Assembly: GCA_045862955.1 (NCBI GenBank) | Contig: BTVI01000002.1 | Span: forward strand, 64,001-128,000 | Direction: 5' to 3' | Length of the DNA: 64,000 nucleotides | Source of the DNA: Fimbriimonadales bacterium | GTDB lineage: Bacteria > Armatimonadota > Fimbriimonadia > Fimbriimonadales > JABRVX01 | The notes under the pieces: generated by a model | Seen by the model: only the letters and a program-made list of their open reading frames with translations | Databases searched by the model: none | Told to the model about the DNA's origin: nothing | Program-made: the position numbers and the translations under genes | Shown here: positions 20,892-30,517 of the stretch, piece after piece | Layout: each line of letters opens with the position of its first letter | Numbering within the stretch: the stretch's first letter is position 1

Positions 20892-21373
20892 GACGCCTCG
20901 CCCCGGCTCTGACGGCTCTGTTCTTCTTTGTGCTAGCGGCCGGGATCGAAGGCCCGCTAGCACACCGGGTTGCGATCTGGGGGGCTCCGCCCTCACTCCT
21001 CCTCATCTGCGTGTTCTGCACTGCACTGTTTGCAGGGCGGGTCTGGGGTGCGGTCCTAGGGTTCGCCGTCGGGCTAGGTCATACCGCGATAGCTGGCGTA
21101 GCCGGAGCGGCGTTTCTGGTAAGCGGTGCGGTTTCTGGCTTCGCCGCTGGCTGGGCACCGAGGTTCGTGAGCCCGCAACACTGGGCAGTCGGCCCGTCCG
21201 TCGTTTGCGTCTGCTCCATGCTGGCGAAGGGCCTTTTCTTGCTCCTCGACCCTCAGCCCGACTTGGGCAATTGGGTACGATTGACAGTGGTGGGCAGCGC
21301 GTACAACGCTGTTCTATCGTTACCGTTGTACCTGCTCCTCGTGCGGGCAATGAAGGCCGCGCAAGAGCATTGA
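20888..21373 (+). CDS. mreD: Rod shape-determining protein MreD
   Basis: GTGA overlap with mreC; hydrophobic protein of about 160 aa with PSLLLI and GAVLGFAVG. Confidence 0.75.
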   Translation: MRRLAPALTALFFFVLAAGIEGPLAHRVAIWGAPPSLLLICVFCTALFAGRVWGAVLGFAVGLGHTAIAGVAGAAFLVSGAVSGFAAGWAPRFVSPQHWAVGPSVVCVCSMLAKGLFLLLDPQPDLGNWVRLTVVGSAYNAVLSLPLYLLLVRAMKAAQEH

Positions 21374-21397
21374 TCACAAAGAAGTGGAGGTACTTCA

Positions 21398-22702
21398 ATG
21401 CCAGGTATCGCCGCTCCTAAGGAGCCTCACGTGAACCCTAACCCCACCGGTATGCATGGCGAGGGCAAGCTATTCCGCATGGCCCAAGCGCAGCTGGCGA
21501 CTGCCGCCAAATATCTCGACCTCGATGCCGGATTGCACGAAACCCTCTCGATGCCTCGCACCGAGATCACGGTGAACTTCCCCGTGGTGATGGATGACCA
21601 GAGCATCAAGGTCTTCACCGGATACCGCGTCCGGCACAACAGCGCACGCGGACCGACGAAGGGCGGAATCCGCTACGCACCCGATGCGGACATTGACGAG
21701 ACTCGCGCTCTGGCCATGTGGATGACATGGAAGTGTGCTATCGTCAACATCCCCTACGGTGGCGCGAAGGGTTCGGTCCGTGTGGACCCCCATGCGCTCA
21801 GCACGCGCGAACTGGAGAAGATGACGCGGCGATACGTCACCGAGATCAACATGATCATCGGCCCCGAGCGAGACATTCCTGCACCCGACATCGGTACCAA
21901 CCCGCAGGTGATGGCGTGGATCATGGATACCTTCAGCATGCAAGCCGGATACGCCATTCCAGGCGTCGTTACGGGAAAGCCGATACCGCTGGGTGGCACG
22001 CAAGGCCGGGTCGAGGCTACGGGACGAGGCGTGATGGTCACAGCGCTCGCCGCGGCGAAGAAGCTGAACATGAACGTGAACGGGGCCAAAGTGATCGTGC
22101 AGGGCTTCGGTAACGTCGGAAGCGTGTCCGCTAAGCTGCTCGGCGAGCAGGGCGCTACGATCGTCGGCCTGAGCGATGCGGTTGGCGCGATCTACAACCC
22201 GAAGGGCCTTCCTCTCGAGCAGTTCCTGCCCCATGCGGGCCGTGACGGCATCTTCCAGGACTTCAAGGACGCCGAGCACCTATCGAACTCGGAGCTCCTT
22301 ATCCAAGACTGTGACATTCTCGTGCCGGCGGCGACGGCAAGCCAGATCACTGCGGAGAACGCGGGCCAGATCAAAGCCAAGCTGATTGCCGAGGGCGCCA
22401 ACGGGCCTACCACACCGGAAGCGGACGATATCCTCTCGGATAAAGGAGTGCTAGTGGTACCCGACGTTCTCGCCAACGCGGGCGGCGTCGTGTGCTCGTA
22501 CTTCGAGTGGGTCCAGGACCTGCAGGCGTTCTTCTGGCACGAGAAGGAAGTGAACGAGCGCTTGGAGCGCATCATGTTGGATAGCTTCGACGCAGTGTGG
22601 AACACTACGCAGCAGCACAAGACGAACATGCGGATCGGAGCGTACATCATCGGGGTGAAGCGCGTGGCCGACGCGACGGTCACCCGCGGAATCTTCCCGT
22701 AG
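21398..22702 (+). CDS. gdhA: Glutamate dehydrogenase (Glu/Leu/Phe/Val family)
   Basis: GPTKGGIRY, PYGGAKG, DIPAPD, VVTGKP, QGFGNVG, EGANGPT, NAGGV..SYFEWVQ. Confidence 0.95.
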   Translation: MPGIAAPKEPHVNPNPTGMHGEGKLFRMAQAQLATAAKYLDLDAGLHETLSMPRTEITVNFPVVMDDQSIKVFTGYRVRHNSARGPTKGGIRYAPDADIDETRALAMWMTWKCAIVNIPYGGAKGSVRVDPHALSTRELEKMTRRYVTEINMIIGPERDIPAPDIGTNPQVMAWIMDTFSMQAGYAIPGVVTGKPIPLGGTQGRVEATGRGVMVTALAAAKKLNMNVNGAKVIVQGFGNVGSVSAKLLGEQGATIVGLSDAVGAIYNPKGLPLEQFLPHAGRDGIFQDFKDAEHLSNSELLIQDCDILVPAATASQITAENAGQIKAKLIAEGANGPTTPEADDILSDKGVLVVPDVLANAGGVVCSYFEWVQDLQAFFWHEKEVNERLERIMLDSFDAVWNTTQQHKTNMRIGAYIIGVKRVADATVTRGIFP

Positions 22703-22780
22703 GTTGTAACCATTCGGGACCGCCGTGCCTCTAAGAGGACGACGCGCCTTCGGGTGCAGGTCCGATTAGGGGGTCACGGA

Positions 22781-25700
22781 ATGCGACAATTCGTCATGGA
22801 GCCGCGAATGCGGAGATGGGCTGGTTTGGCTCTGATCGGCGTCGCGGCTCTCTTCATCACCGGTCAGCAAGCCAAAGGATATCCCAGGTTGGAGACCCGG
22901 CTCCTGTCGAGCGGTACGATGCTCGCGGACAGCGCAGGCAGTGTGCGAGTCGTCTGCCGCGACCACATCGCTTCAAAGAGCCTGGGCGGAGCCGACGTGA
23001 CGATAAAGCTGCGGGCGGAGGGAGGCAAGGAGTACGCGCTCTTCGCGGGCAAGACCGGCTCGAACGGCAGCGTAGATGCCAACTTCCGAGTGCCAAATGT
23101 CCCCGCTGGCTCGTACAAACTGGTTGTCGAGACTGCAGGGCTAGGCGAACGCGACCTGGTGGAAGGTGACGTAAGGGTGGAGAGGCCGGTAGGCATCTTG
23201 CTCACCACCGACAAGCCACTGTATCAGCCCGGGCAGCTCATTCATATAAGGGCACTCGCCTTGTGGACGGCTAACCGCAAGCCCGTAGCGAAGGAAGATG
23301 CCGTGCTGGAGGTAGACGACTCCAAGGGCAACAAGGTGTTCAAGAAGGCCCTCCAGACCTCGCAGTTCGGGGTCGTCTCGGCAGACTTCCAGTTGGCGGA
23401 CGAGATCAACATGGGGCCCTATACGATCCGCGCTTTGATCGCCGGGTCGGAGGAGCAGAAGACTGTCACCGTTGACCGCTACGTGCTCCCCAAATTCAAG
23501 GTGACCGTGGAGACGGACAAGGAGTTCTACGCGCCGGGCGAGGTTGCGACCGGCTGGGTGCGTGCCGACTACGTATTCGGGAAGCCCGTTTCCGGTGCGA
23601 CAGTCGAACTGGCTTTCAGCAAGTACGACGTGGGTTTCAGCGAGTTCGCGAAGGTTACCGGGCGCACGGATGGCGAGGGCAGGTTTCGCTTCGAGCAACG
23701 CCTCCCGAGCCACTTCGTTGGGCAGCCCTTGCAGCAAGGCGCAGCGCTGATGAGCATCCACGCGAAAGTGACCGACACTGCGGACCACACACAAGAGGCC
23801 ACTCGGTCTGTTACTGTTGCGCAGAGCGGCATGATAGTGAACTTGATCCCCGAGCGTCCGAGTGCAGTACGCGGGCTGGACATGAACGTCTTCGCCGTAT
23901 GCTCGGCACCCGACGGCAGGCCGATCGCGGGTGCCAGAGTCTGGATGGGGGATGACACCTCGGACCCGACGCGTGCCGCGGTAGCGGACGATGCCGGCAT
24001 TGCAGTGCTGAGCGTGCCCAAAGCGACGTTCGCATCGGCGGGTGCGTCCGGCCCTGCGAAACTGGTGGTGTCGGCACGCGACGCTGCCGGCAACGAAGCG
24101 ACGGGCACCCTCGAGCTGGCAGCAGACTCATCGGAGGCAGGCATTCTGCTGCGGCCACACAAGTCGCTGGTCCGCGTCGGCTCGGACCTGGTTTGCGATG
24201 CGCACCTGGTAGGCGGCGGCCCCACTGCTACCGTGTTCTTCGACGTGATCAAGGACGGGCGCCCCGTGCTTACCCGTTCGGTGGACGCAGTGAACGGCGT
24301 TGCGCGGCTCACGATTGCCCCCACCGACGACATGGCGGGCACCATTCGGGTATTGGCCTACCGTCTCACCTACTCGGGCAACATCGTGCGCGATTCGCGC
24401 GTGGTGTTCGTCTCGCCGTCGTCCGACCTGGCCGTGAAGTTGACGTTGGACCGCGAGAGCTATCGCCCAGGCGAGAAAGCGACACTCCTGCTCCAGGTCG
24501 GGCGCAAGGGTGTATCGAGCGTGGGTCTGAGCATCGTGGATGAGAGCGTGTTTGCGCTCCAAGACATGCAGCCGGGCATGGAGCGCGTGTACTTCATGTT
24601 AGAGCAGGAGCTGTTGCACCCGCGGTACGAGGTCCACTCGATCACCCCTGGCAGGCTGTTCGAGCCCGCCGACTACTCTCCGGCCACCCAGCGAGCGGCA
24701 CAAGCGCTGTTCGCTCAGGCCGAGCCCATCACGGGTGCCGCGGTCGATACGAACAGCTACACGAAGAAGCTAGAGCCGTTCCTCGACCGCTGGTCGAAGG
24801 ACATCGAGGCGCGAGCGACCCGCATCGCCGCGGCGGTCGAGCGGTGGCAGGATGAGCGCGCCGGCGGCCCATACGATCGGATCGGCATGCCGGCTACGGA
24901 AGCCGACTGGAACCGGTTGGTGGCTCGCGGGTGGCTCGGCGCGAATGACATCCGCGACGAATGGGGCCGCCGCCTGCGAGTGCGCAATTGGGAGGATGCA
25001 TGGGCTCAGAGCGCATGGCGTGGGCGGGACGGCCAGCAGTTCGCGCACACGCTCCTCGTGATTAGTGCAGGGCTCGATGGGGTGTTCGACACCCTGGATG
25101 ACATCACGGCCTACGCCGGTGTTCGCGATGGAAGGGGCACGATGTTCGGCCTCGGCTTCTTCGACAACGGGCAGTTCATCGGACAACAGCTCGAACGCAA
25201 CGATGAAGCCTGGGGATTCGGCGGACGGGGTGGCGGAGTGTTTCGGGTCGGGCGAGCACGCGAGATGGACGTGGACCAAGCGTTTGCCGCGGATGCTGTG
25301 ATGTCGAAGGCGGGTCTGGCGGAACTCCCCGCATCGGCGCCGATGGGTGGTGCCAAGCCCGAGAGCCCCGCTGAGCCTCGGATGAGGCAGTACTTCCCCG
25401 AGACCATGTACTGGAACCCCGAGCTTCTCACCGATGAGAACGGGCGCGCGAGCATCGAGATACCGCTCGCGGATTCCATCACTACCTGGCGTGTTAGTGC
25501 ATCGGCAGTGAACGGCTCCGGCAGCCTCGGGTCGTCCACCGTTGGTCTAAAGGTGTTTCAGGACTTCTTCGTGGACATAGACCTGCCCGCAGTCCTAACG
25601 CAGAACGACGAGATCAACATACCTATCGCGATCTACAACTACCTTCCCGGACGGCAGAAGGTGCGTCTCGTGATGGAGACCAGCGACGGCATCGAGTTCC

Positions 25701-27481
25701 TGAGTGGGCGCGAGCAGACTGTCGAGATGGGGCCGAGCGATGTCCGCGCTGCCTACTTCGAGTTTCGTGTGAAGGGCCTGGGCCGACAGAAGCTGGTAGT
25801 CAAGGCGTACGGCGACCGATTGTCGGATGCGATGACACGCGAGATTGACGTGTTGCCGGACGGGCGACGTGAGACCGTCGGCAGAAGCGGCCAACTGAAC
25901 GGCACCGAGCAGTTCACGGTGGACATCCCTGCCCATGCGATTGAAGACGCGTCGAATGTGTTAGTTCGCATCTACCCCGGTGTGATGGCGACTGCCATAG
26001 ACGGGTTGGACAACCTGTTGCGGATGCCATTCGGATGCTTCGAGCAGACCAGCTCTGTCACCTATCCAAACGTGTTAGTGCTCGACTACATGAAGAAGAG
26101 CAAGCAGATCACGCCTGCGATTCAGATGAAGGCCGAGCAGTACATCAACCTCGGGTACCAGCGACTGCTCAGCTTCGAGGTGCCGGGTGGAGGCTTCGAG
26201 TGGTTCGGCAATCCGCCTGCTCACCAGGTACTGACTGCGTACGGCCTGATGGAGTTTGCCGACATGGCCAAGGTGTATGCCGTAGACCCCAACTTGCTGA
26301 CGAGAACGCGCGCATGGCTGGAGTCCAAGCAGGCCGCTGATGGTACCTGGACGCCGGACAAGGGTGGCATCGCGGAGGGCGCTATCAACCGTCAGAGTGA
26401 CGTGTTCAAAACCACCGCCTACATCGCTTGGGCGCTAGCCCATACTGGCGAGAAGAGCCCGGCGTTGCAAAAGGCGACCGGGTGGTTGAGGCAGCACTTG
26501 GCAGGCGAGAACGATCCATACGGCTTAGCACTGGCAGCCAACGCGTTCTACCTCTCCGGTGACAAGGTGGCGGGTCGGCAGACGTTGGAGGCCGTTCTGG
26601 CCCAGGCCAAGCGCGACGGCGATCACGTCTACTTCGCAGCGTCCGAGCGCACGCTGGTATACGGCTCCGGACGTGGCGGCGACGTCGAGACCACGGCGAT
26701 CGTGGCTCTCGCTCTCACCGAAGCCGGCGACAGGGCCGACACTCTCCGGAAGGTAATCGCCTACCTGATCGCGGCAAAGGACCCGAACGGTACGTGGTAC
26801 TCCACCCAGGCGACGGTGTTCGCACTGAAGGCTCTCATTCGAGCTTCGGAGGCGACAGCTCGAGGGATGAACGGTGAAGGGAGAGTGTTAGTAAACGGCA
26901 AGGTCATCGGTACGTTCGTGCTAACACCCGAGGATTACGAGGTAGTGCGGCAGTTCGACGCCCGCGATGTAGTGACCGTCGGTTCCAACGACGTCCGAAT
27001 CGAGTATTCGGGCAAGAGCGGACCGATGTACCAGATCGTGGGCATCTTCTACGTTCCGTGGGACAAGGTTCGCGACAGGGAGCAGCGCGAGATGGACATC
27101 GAGGTGAAGTATGACAAGCGCGACCTCGCCGCAAACGACACGGTAACGTGCAGGGTCTCGGTGGCGTATCGCGGTCCGGGCCAGGCAGCAAATATGGTGA
27201 TAGTGGACCTGGGCATCCCTCCGGGATTCGAGGTGATGACCGGAGATCTGCAGGAGCTAGTAGGCAGCAAGGTGATCCAGAAGTTCAACCTGACCAGCCG
27301 CCAGGCGATCCTTTACTTCGACAAGCTGGAGAAGGGCAGGGAGGTGGAGTTCTCGTATCGGCTGATCGCCAAGTACCCGTTGCGGGCCCGCACGCCATCC
27401 AGCCGAGTGTACCAGTACTACGACCCGGACGAGGTGACCTACTCTGCTCCTCAGACGCTGACTGTGTCTGCAGGCAGGTAG
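22781..27481 (+). CDS. Bacterial alpha-2-macroglobulin family protein (start uncertain, 22754-22811)
   Basis: TTDKPLYQPG, YVLPKF, RQYFPET, DSITTW, thioester region MPFGCFEQ, STQATV, C-terminal RVYQYYDP. Confidence 0.92.
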   Translation: MRQFVMEPRMRRWAGLALIGVAALFITGQQAKGYPRLETRLLSSGTMLADSAGSVRVVCRDHIASKSLGGADVTIKLRAEGGKEYALFAGKTGSNGSVDANFRVPNVPAGSYKLVVETAGLGERDLVEGDVRVERPVGILLTTDKPLYQPGQLIHIRALALWTANRKPVAKEDAVLEVDDSKGNKVFKKALQTSQFGVVSADFQLADEINMGPYTIRALIAGSEEQKTVTVDRYVLPKFKVTVETDKEFYAPGEVATGWVRADYVFGKPVSGATVELAFSKYDVGFSEFAKVTGRTDGEGRFRFEQRLPSHFVGQPLQQGAALMSIHAKVTDTADHTQEATRSVTVAQSGMIVNLIPERPSAVRGLDMNVFAVCSAPDGRPIAGARVWMGDDTSDPTRAAVADDAGIAVLSVPKATFASAGASGPAKLVVSARDAAGNEATGTLELAADSSEAGILLRPHKSLVRVGSDLVCDAHLVGGGPTATVFFDVIKDGRPVLTRSVDAVNGVARLTIAPTDDMAGTIRVLAYRLTYSGNIVRDSRVVFVSPSSDLAVKLTLDRESYRPGEKATLLLQVGRKGVSSVGLSIVDESVFALQDMQPGMERVYFMLEQELLHPRYEVHSITPGRLFEPADYSPATQRAAQALFAQAEPITGAAVDTNSYTKKLEPFLDRWSKDIEARATRIAAAVERWQDERAGGPYDRIGMPATEADWNRLVARGWLGANDIRDEWGRRLRVRNWEDAWAQSAWRGRDGQQFAHTLLVISAGLDGVFDTLDDITAYAGVRDGRGTMFGLGFFDNGQFIGQQLERNDEAWGFGGRGGGVFRVGRAREMDVDQAFAADAVMSKAGLAELPASAPMGGAKPESPAEPRMRQYFPETMYWNPELLTDENGRASIEIPLADSITTWRVSASAVNGSGSLGSSTVGLKVFQDFFVDIDLPAVLTQNDEINIPIAIYNYLPGRQKVRLVMETSDGIEFLSGREQTVEMGPSDVRAAYFEFRVKGLGRQKLVVKAYGDRLSDAMTREIDVLPDGRRETVGRSGQLNGTEQFTVDIPAHAIEDASNVLVRIYPGVMATAIDGLDNLLRMPFGCFEQTSSVTYPNVLVLDYMKKSKQITPAIQMKAEQYINLGYQRLLSFEVPGGGFEWFGNPPAHQVLTAYGLMEFADMAKVYAVDPNLLTRTRAWLESKQAADGTWTPDKGGIAEGAINRQSDVFKTTAYIAWALAHTGEKSPALQKATGWLRQHLAGENDPYGLALAANAFYLSGDKVAGRQTLEAVLAQAKRDGDHVYFAASERTLVYGSGRGGDVETTAIVALALTEAGDRADTLRKVIAYLIAAKDPNGTWYSTQATVFALKALIRASEATARGMNGEGRVLVNGKVIGTFVLTPEDYEVVRQFDARDVVTVGSNDVRIEYSGKSGPMYQIVGIFYVPWDKVRDREQREMDIEVKYDKRDLAANDTVTCRVSVAYRGPGQAANMVIVDLGIPPGFEVMTGDLQELVGSKVIQKFNLTSRQAILYFDKLEKGREVEFSYRLIAKYPLRARTPSSRVYQYYDPDEVTYSAPQTLTVSAGR

Positions 27482-27507
27482 CTTCGTATGCCAAGTGAAC
27501 CCACGCG

Positions 27508-27530
27508 GGGCGCCGCCTCCGGCGGCGCCC
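27508..27530. terminator. GC-rich hairpin downstream of the A2M gene (possible terminator, no U-tract)
   Basis: gggcgccgcc-tcc-ggcggcgccc perfect 10-bp stem. Confidence 0.45.
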
Positions 27531-27591
27531 AGCCCCGTGTGACCGACCGGTTGGAGTGACTCCGCCCGATGGCAGGGTGCGTCATCGAGAA

Positions 27592-28014
27592 CTCCCTCCC
27601 CTTGGAGCGAAGCGGAAGGGGGAGGGGTGGGTGGGGGTCCAGTTAAGACTGCAGACCGATGGATGCGAGAGCCTTGTAGCAGGGGGCACTGGCCTCGTCA
27701 CTGCCCCACCGTCGAGGGTGGATGGAGAGATCGACTCGCGCATGTATCGTCATGCTGAGCCAGTCGAAGCATGATCGGGCATGCCGCACGTAGGCGCCTC
27801 GGGGCACGGCGCTCTCGGCTTCCGGCTGCATGCTTCGACAGGCTCAGCATCACGGTGAGGACCTCGAGTCTGTTAGGTAGCACTAGGCATGCAGTCAGCT
27901 GGCGGTATGGCGAGTGGATGGACTGCGCCCGAGACGGCGCGAGCCTGCTCGCGCCTTGTCACTCGGCACAGCGTGGCACGCCGCATAGCGCGAGCAGGCT
28001 CGCGCACTTCCAAA
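27592..28014. repeat. Intergenic cluster of several different REP-like palindromes
   Basis: ctccctcccctt..aagggggagggg (27592-27640); inverted doublet gtcatgctgagccagtcgaagcatga / catgcttcgacaggctcagcatcac (27749-27853); inverted doublet gcgcgagcctgctcgcgc / gcgcgagcaggctcgcgc (27937-28005). Confidence 0.7.
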
Positions 28015-28029
28015 CTAAGATCTCTCGTG

Positions 28030-28590
28030 TTAGGTGTCGGGACCTTCCACCTTCAGGCCTACTTCGTCGGCCAGCAGTCGCAGCCATCGGCGGCGGCCCT
28101 CCAACAGATGCGCGAGGTTGAGAAATCCCAAATCCACGAAGCGGTCCTTGCCGGGCAGCTCGCCCAGCCGCTGCGTGAAGTATGCGATGTACGCCTCGTT
28201 CTGCTCGATCCACTGCCGAACCGCCTCCAATCGCTCACGAGGCTTGAGCAGCCGCAGGTTCAGGCAGCGGGATCGCAACGGGTCGGACAGCATCCCGAGG
28301 TCCTCCTCGGAGACCGGAGCGGTCAGCCAACGACGGAGAGCCGCAGTGCCCTTGGCGGTCAGCGAGTAGGAGGTTCGTGTCCGAGAGGCCTTGTCCGCCG
28401 TCTCCGCAGTGAGGTAGCCAGAGGCCTCTAGCCGGCGCAGCGCGGGGTACACGGCTCCGGTGCTTCCGCTCCAACGCGAGCCTTTCGTGCGCAAGATCAG
28501 ATTGCGGATGGAGTAGCCGGTGGTATAGCCGCGATACACGGCACCCAACAGAACGTAGTCGAACTCGGCGAGTTGCTGCCGGGAAGGCAT
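28030..28590 (-). CDS. PadR-family transcriptional regulator
   Basis: LLG...TGYSI...WSGSTGAVYPALRRLEASGY...YSLTAKG..ALRRWL. Confidence 0.9.
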   Translation of the reverse strand: MPSRQQLAEFDYVLLGAVYRGYTTGYSIRNLILRTKGSRWSGSTGAVYPALRRLEASGYLTAETADKASRTRTSYSLTAKGTAALRRWLTAPVSEEDLGMLSDPLRSRCLNLRLLKPRERLEAVRQWIEQNEAYIAYFTQRLGELPGKDRFVDLGFLNLAHLLEGRRRWLRLLADEVGLKVEGPDT

Positions 28591-28708
28591 GTCCTATTGT
28601 ATCACGCCCTTCACACAACTCAGATCAGCAGAGCAGGAGCTCCCGCTGCTGTCGTTCAACCAGCGGGAGCGTCTATACTCGGGAGAACGCCCGAAAGGAT
28701 GTCCGAAC

Positions 28709-30007
28709 ATGGTATCGATCGCACTATCCCTGTTCCTGCTCGCCTCCGCTTCGACTGGCATTTCCGCCCAGATCCCCAGCGACTGGCAGACCAACTTCCG
28801 ACCTGACGGAACCCCGAAGCCGCTGAACGACTCGGCGGACAACACGATCTGGCCGAACAAGTGGAGCCGTGCCAACTCCGACGAGTGGATCGTGAAGAAC
28901 CACGACCGCATCCGACAAATGCGCCCGCGCATCCTCATGATCAACTTCTCGAACGAAGTGGACCCAGCCAAGCCGATGCGGTTGGCTAATGAACTGATTG
29001 CGGCGCTGCGAGAGAGCAGCCGGTATCACGGGTACGAGAACCCCGCAGCGCCGCCATTCCTGGAGTACAGCGTGTGGCGCTACGTGGACCTGCGGGACGA
29101 GGACCGTAAGGAGAAGAACAGCCGCAAGAGCCCCATCAAACCCGACGTGCCGGAAAACCGCTGGAACTGCGACTACGGCGGCTTCTTCTCTGAGACGTTC
29201 GCCCAGTACATCGGCGTGCGCGATCCGAAGGACCCTAAGCGCTTTTTGCGGCTGGATGAGCTGGTCGACCAGGGTTACGTCCACGAGGTGTGGTTCACCG
29301 CCGCGGCGACCGGCGACTTCCGCTGCCTGGAGTGCGTGGAGATGAAGCCGGTGTATGACGAGAACTTCCAGCGCATTCCCGACAAGTTCGCGCAGGCAGG
29401 CAACGGTGGAGACCCTGACCAGAAGTGGACGGGTCGCTCCGTTCGTATCAACTGCTTCAATCAGGACCGTGGCATCGGGTGCGCCATGGAGAATCTAGGG
29501 CACGCGATGGAGGGTATGGCCCACAGCGGGTGCATTCCTTACTTCAGGAAGTACTTCTACGAGTATGCGATGTTCGACCTAGACAAGCGATACGGCTTGC
29601 CGTTCAACTCCTACTATCCCTTGTGGGGCGAGGGGAAGGGTATCACCTATCCCGACCCTAACACCGCTGTCGTGACGGACGGCGAGAAGATCTGGACGCT
29701 GAAGAACTACGTGGCAACAGGCGGCAATGTGCACTTTCCTCCGAATGCACGAAGTCACTATGATCAGGCCAACACCCAGCCCGTAATGTCTACTATCGAG
29801 GACTGGCGCATTGGTAGTGGGCCGGGTGGAAAGGATCGGGCCAAGCCGTGGACCGTCGCGGTGCTGGATCGTTTCAAGGACCTGGCGCCCGATTGCATGG
29901 GGAAGTGGCTGGTGTATTGGCGGCAGAACATGCCGGGTCTGGACAACCGCTCGAAGGACGATGACGGCAAGCCCATGAAAAACTGGTTCGTGTTTCTATT
30001 CTATTGA
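28709..30007 (+). CDS. Secreted hypothetical protein, possible metallohydrolase
   Basis: GAAAGGA RBS; signal peptide MVSIALSLFLLASAS; HEVW and ENLGHAMEGMAH motifs; ends WFVFLFY. Confidence 0.65.
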   Translation: MVSIALSLFLLASASTGISAQIPSDWQTNFRPDGTPKPLNDSADNTIWPNKWSRANSDEWIVKNHDRIRQMRPRILMINFSNEVDPAKPMRLANELIAALRESSRYHGYENPAAPPFLEYSVWRYVDLRDEDRKEKNSRKSPIKPDVPENRWNCDYGGFFSETFAQYIGVRDPKDPKRFLRLDELVDQGYVHEVWFTAAATGDFRCLECVEMKPVYDENFQRIPDKFAQAGNGGDPDQKWTGRSVRINCFNQDRGIGCAMENLGHAMEGMAHSGCIPYFRKYFYEYAMFDLDKRYGLPFNSYYPLWGEGKGITYPDPNTAVVTDGEKIWTLKNYVATGGNVHFPPNARSHYDQANTQPVMSTIEDWRIGSGPGGKDRAKPWTVAVLDRFKDLAPDCMGKWLVYWRQNMPGLDNRSKDDDGKPMKNWFVFLFY

Positions 30008-30061
30008 TGTCGCCGGGACCTACGCCGGGGGCCTAATGACCTGCCCTCCGCGCGGGGAACT

Positions 30062-30415
30062 TGGTGGAGGCGGGGGGAGTTGAACCCCCTTCCAAGACCG
30101 ATGCCTCTCGGGCGTCTACGAGCGTAGCCTGCCTTCTTGTCTCGCGGAGCGCTAACCCGCAGGCGGGGATGCCACTCTCGCCAGTCCGGTTTCTTCTCGC
30201 CCCTCCGTGCTACGGACCGAAGCCGGAGACGCTAGTCGGATTTGTCCACGCCTCCTTCGCGCCTACCGACCCGGCGCTGGGAGACGGCTGCTGTTAATTA
30301 GGCAGCGTAAGCGTAAGAGTTCGCACTTACTGTTTTTGCCGCTTTTTTACGAGGCCAACGGCACCTCGGCTCGCAGCTCGAGCGCAAACCGACCCTGTCG
30401 AGCCCGTTCGCCCCC
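30062..30415 (-). ncRNA. ssrA: tmRNA, tag reading (A)ANSYAYAA
   Basis: 5' GGGGGCGAACGGGCTCGAC; 3' GGTTCAACTCCCCCCGCCTCCACCA (T-arm, G.U pair, CCA); internal frame gcg aac tct tac gct tac gct gcc taa; TATAAT at 30432-30427. Confidence 0.95.
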
Positions 30416-30517
30416 ACGTTGCACTTATTATACTTCCCAGACCCGCATTAGGTTCCACCAGGACCGTTGCGGGCTGTTGGGCAGGGAGGGCGGCGCCCGT
30501 CGGAGAAACTCTCGTTC

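Noticed and set aside
28030..30062. Genomic island integrated at the tmRNA 3' end
   Set aside because: No integrase and no duplicated tmRNA 3' end seen; likewise none at tRNA-Sec
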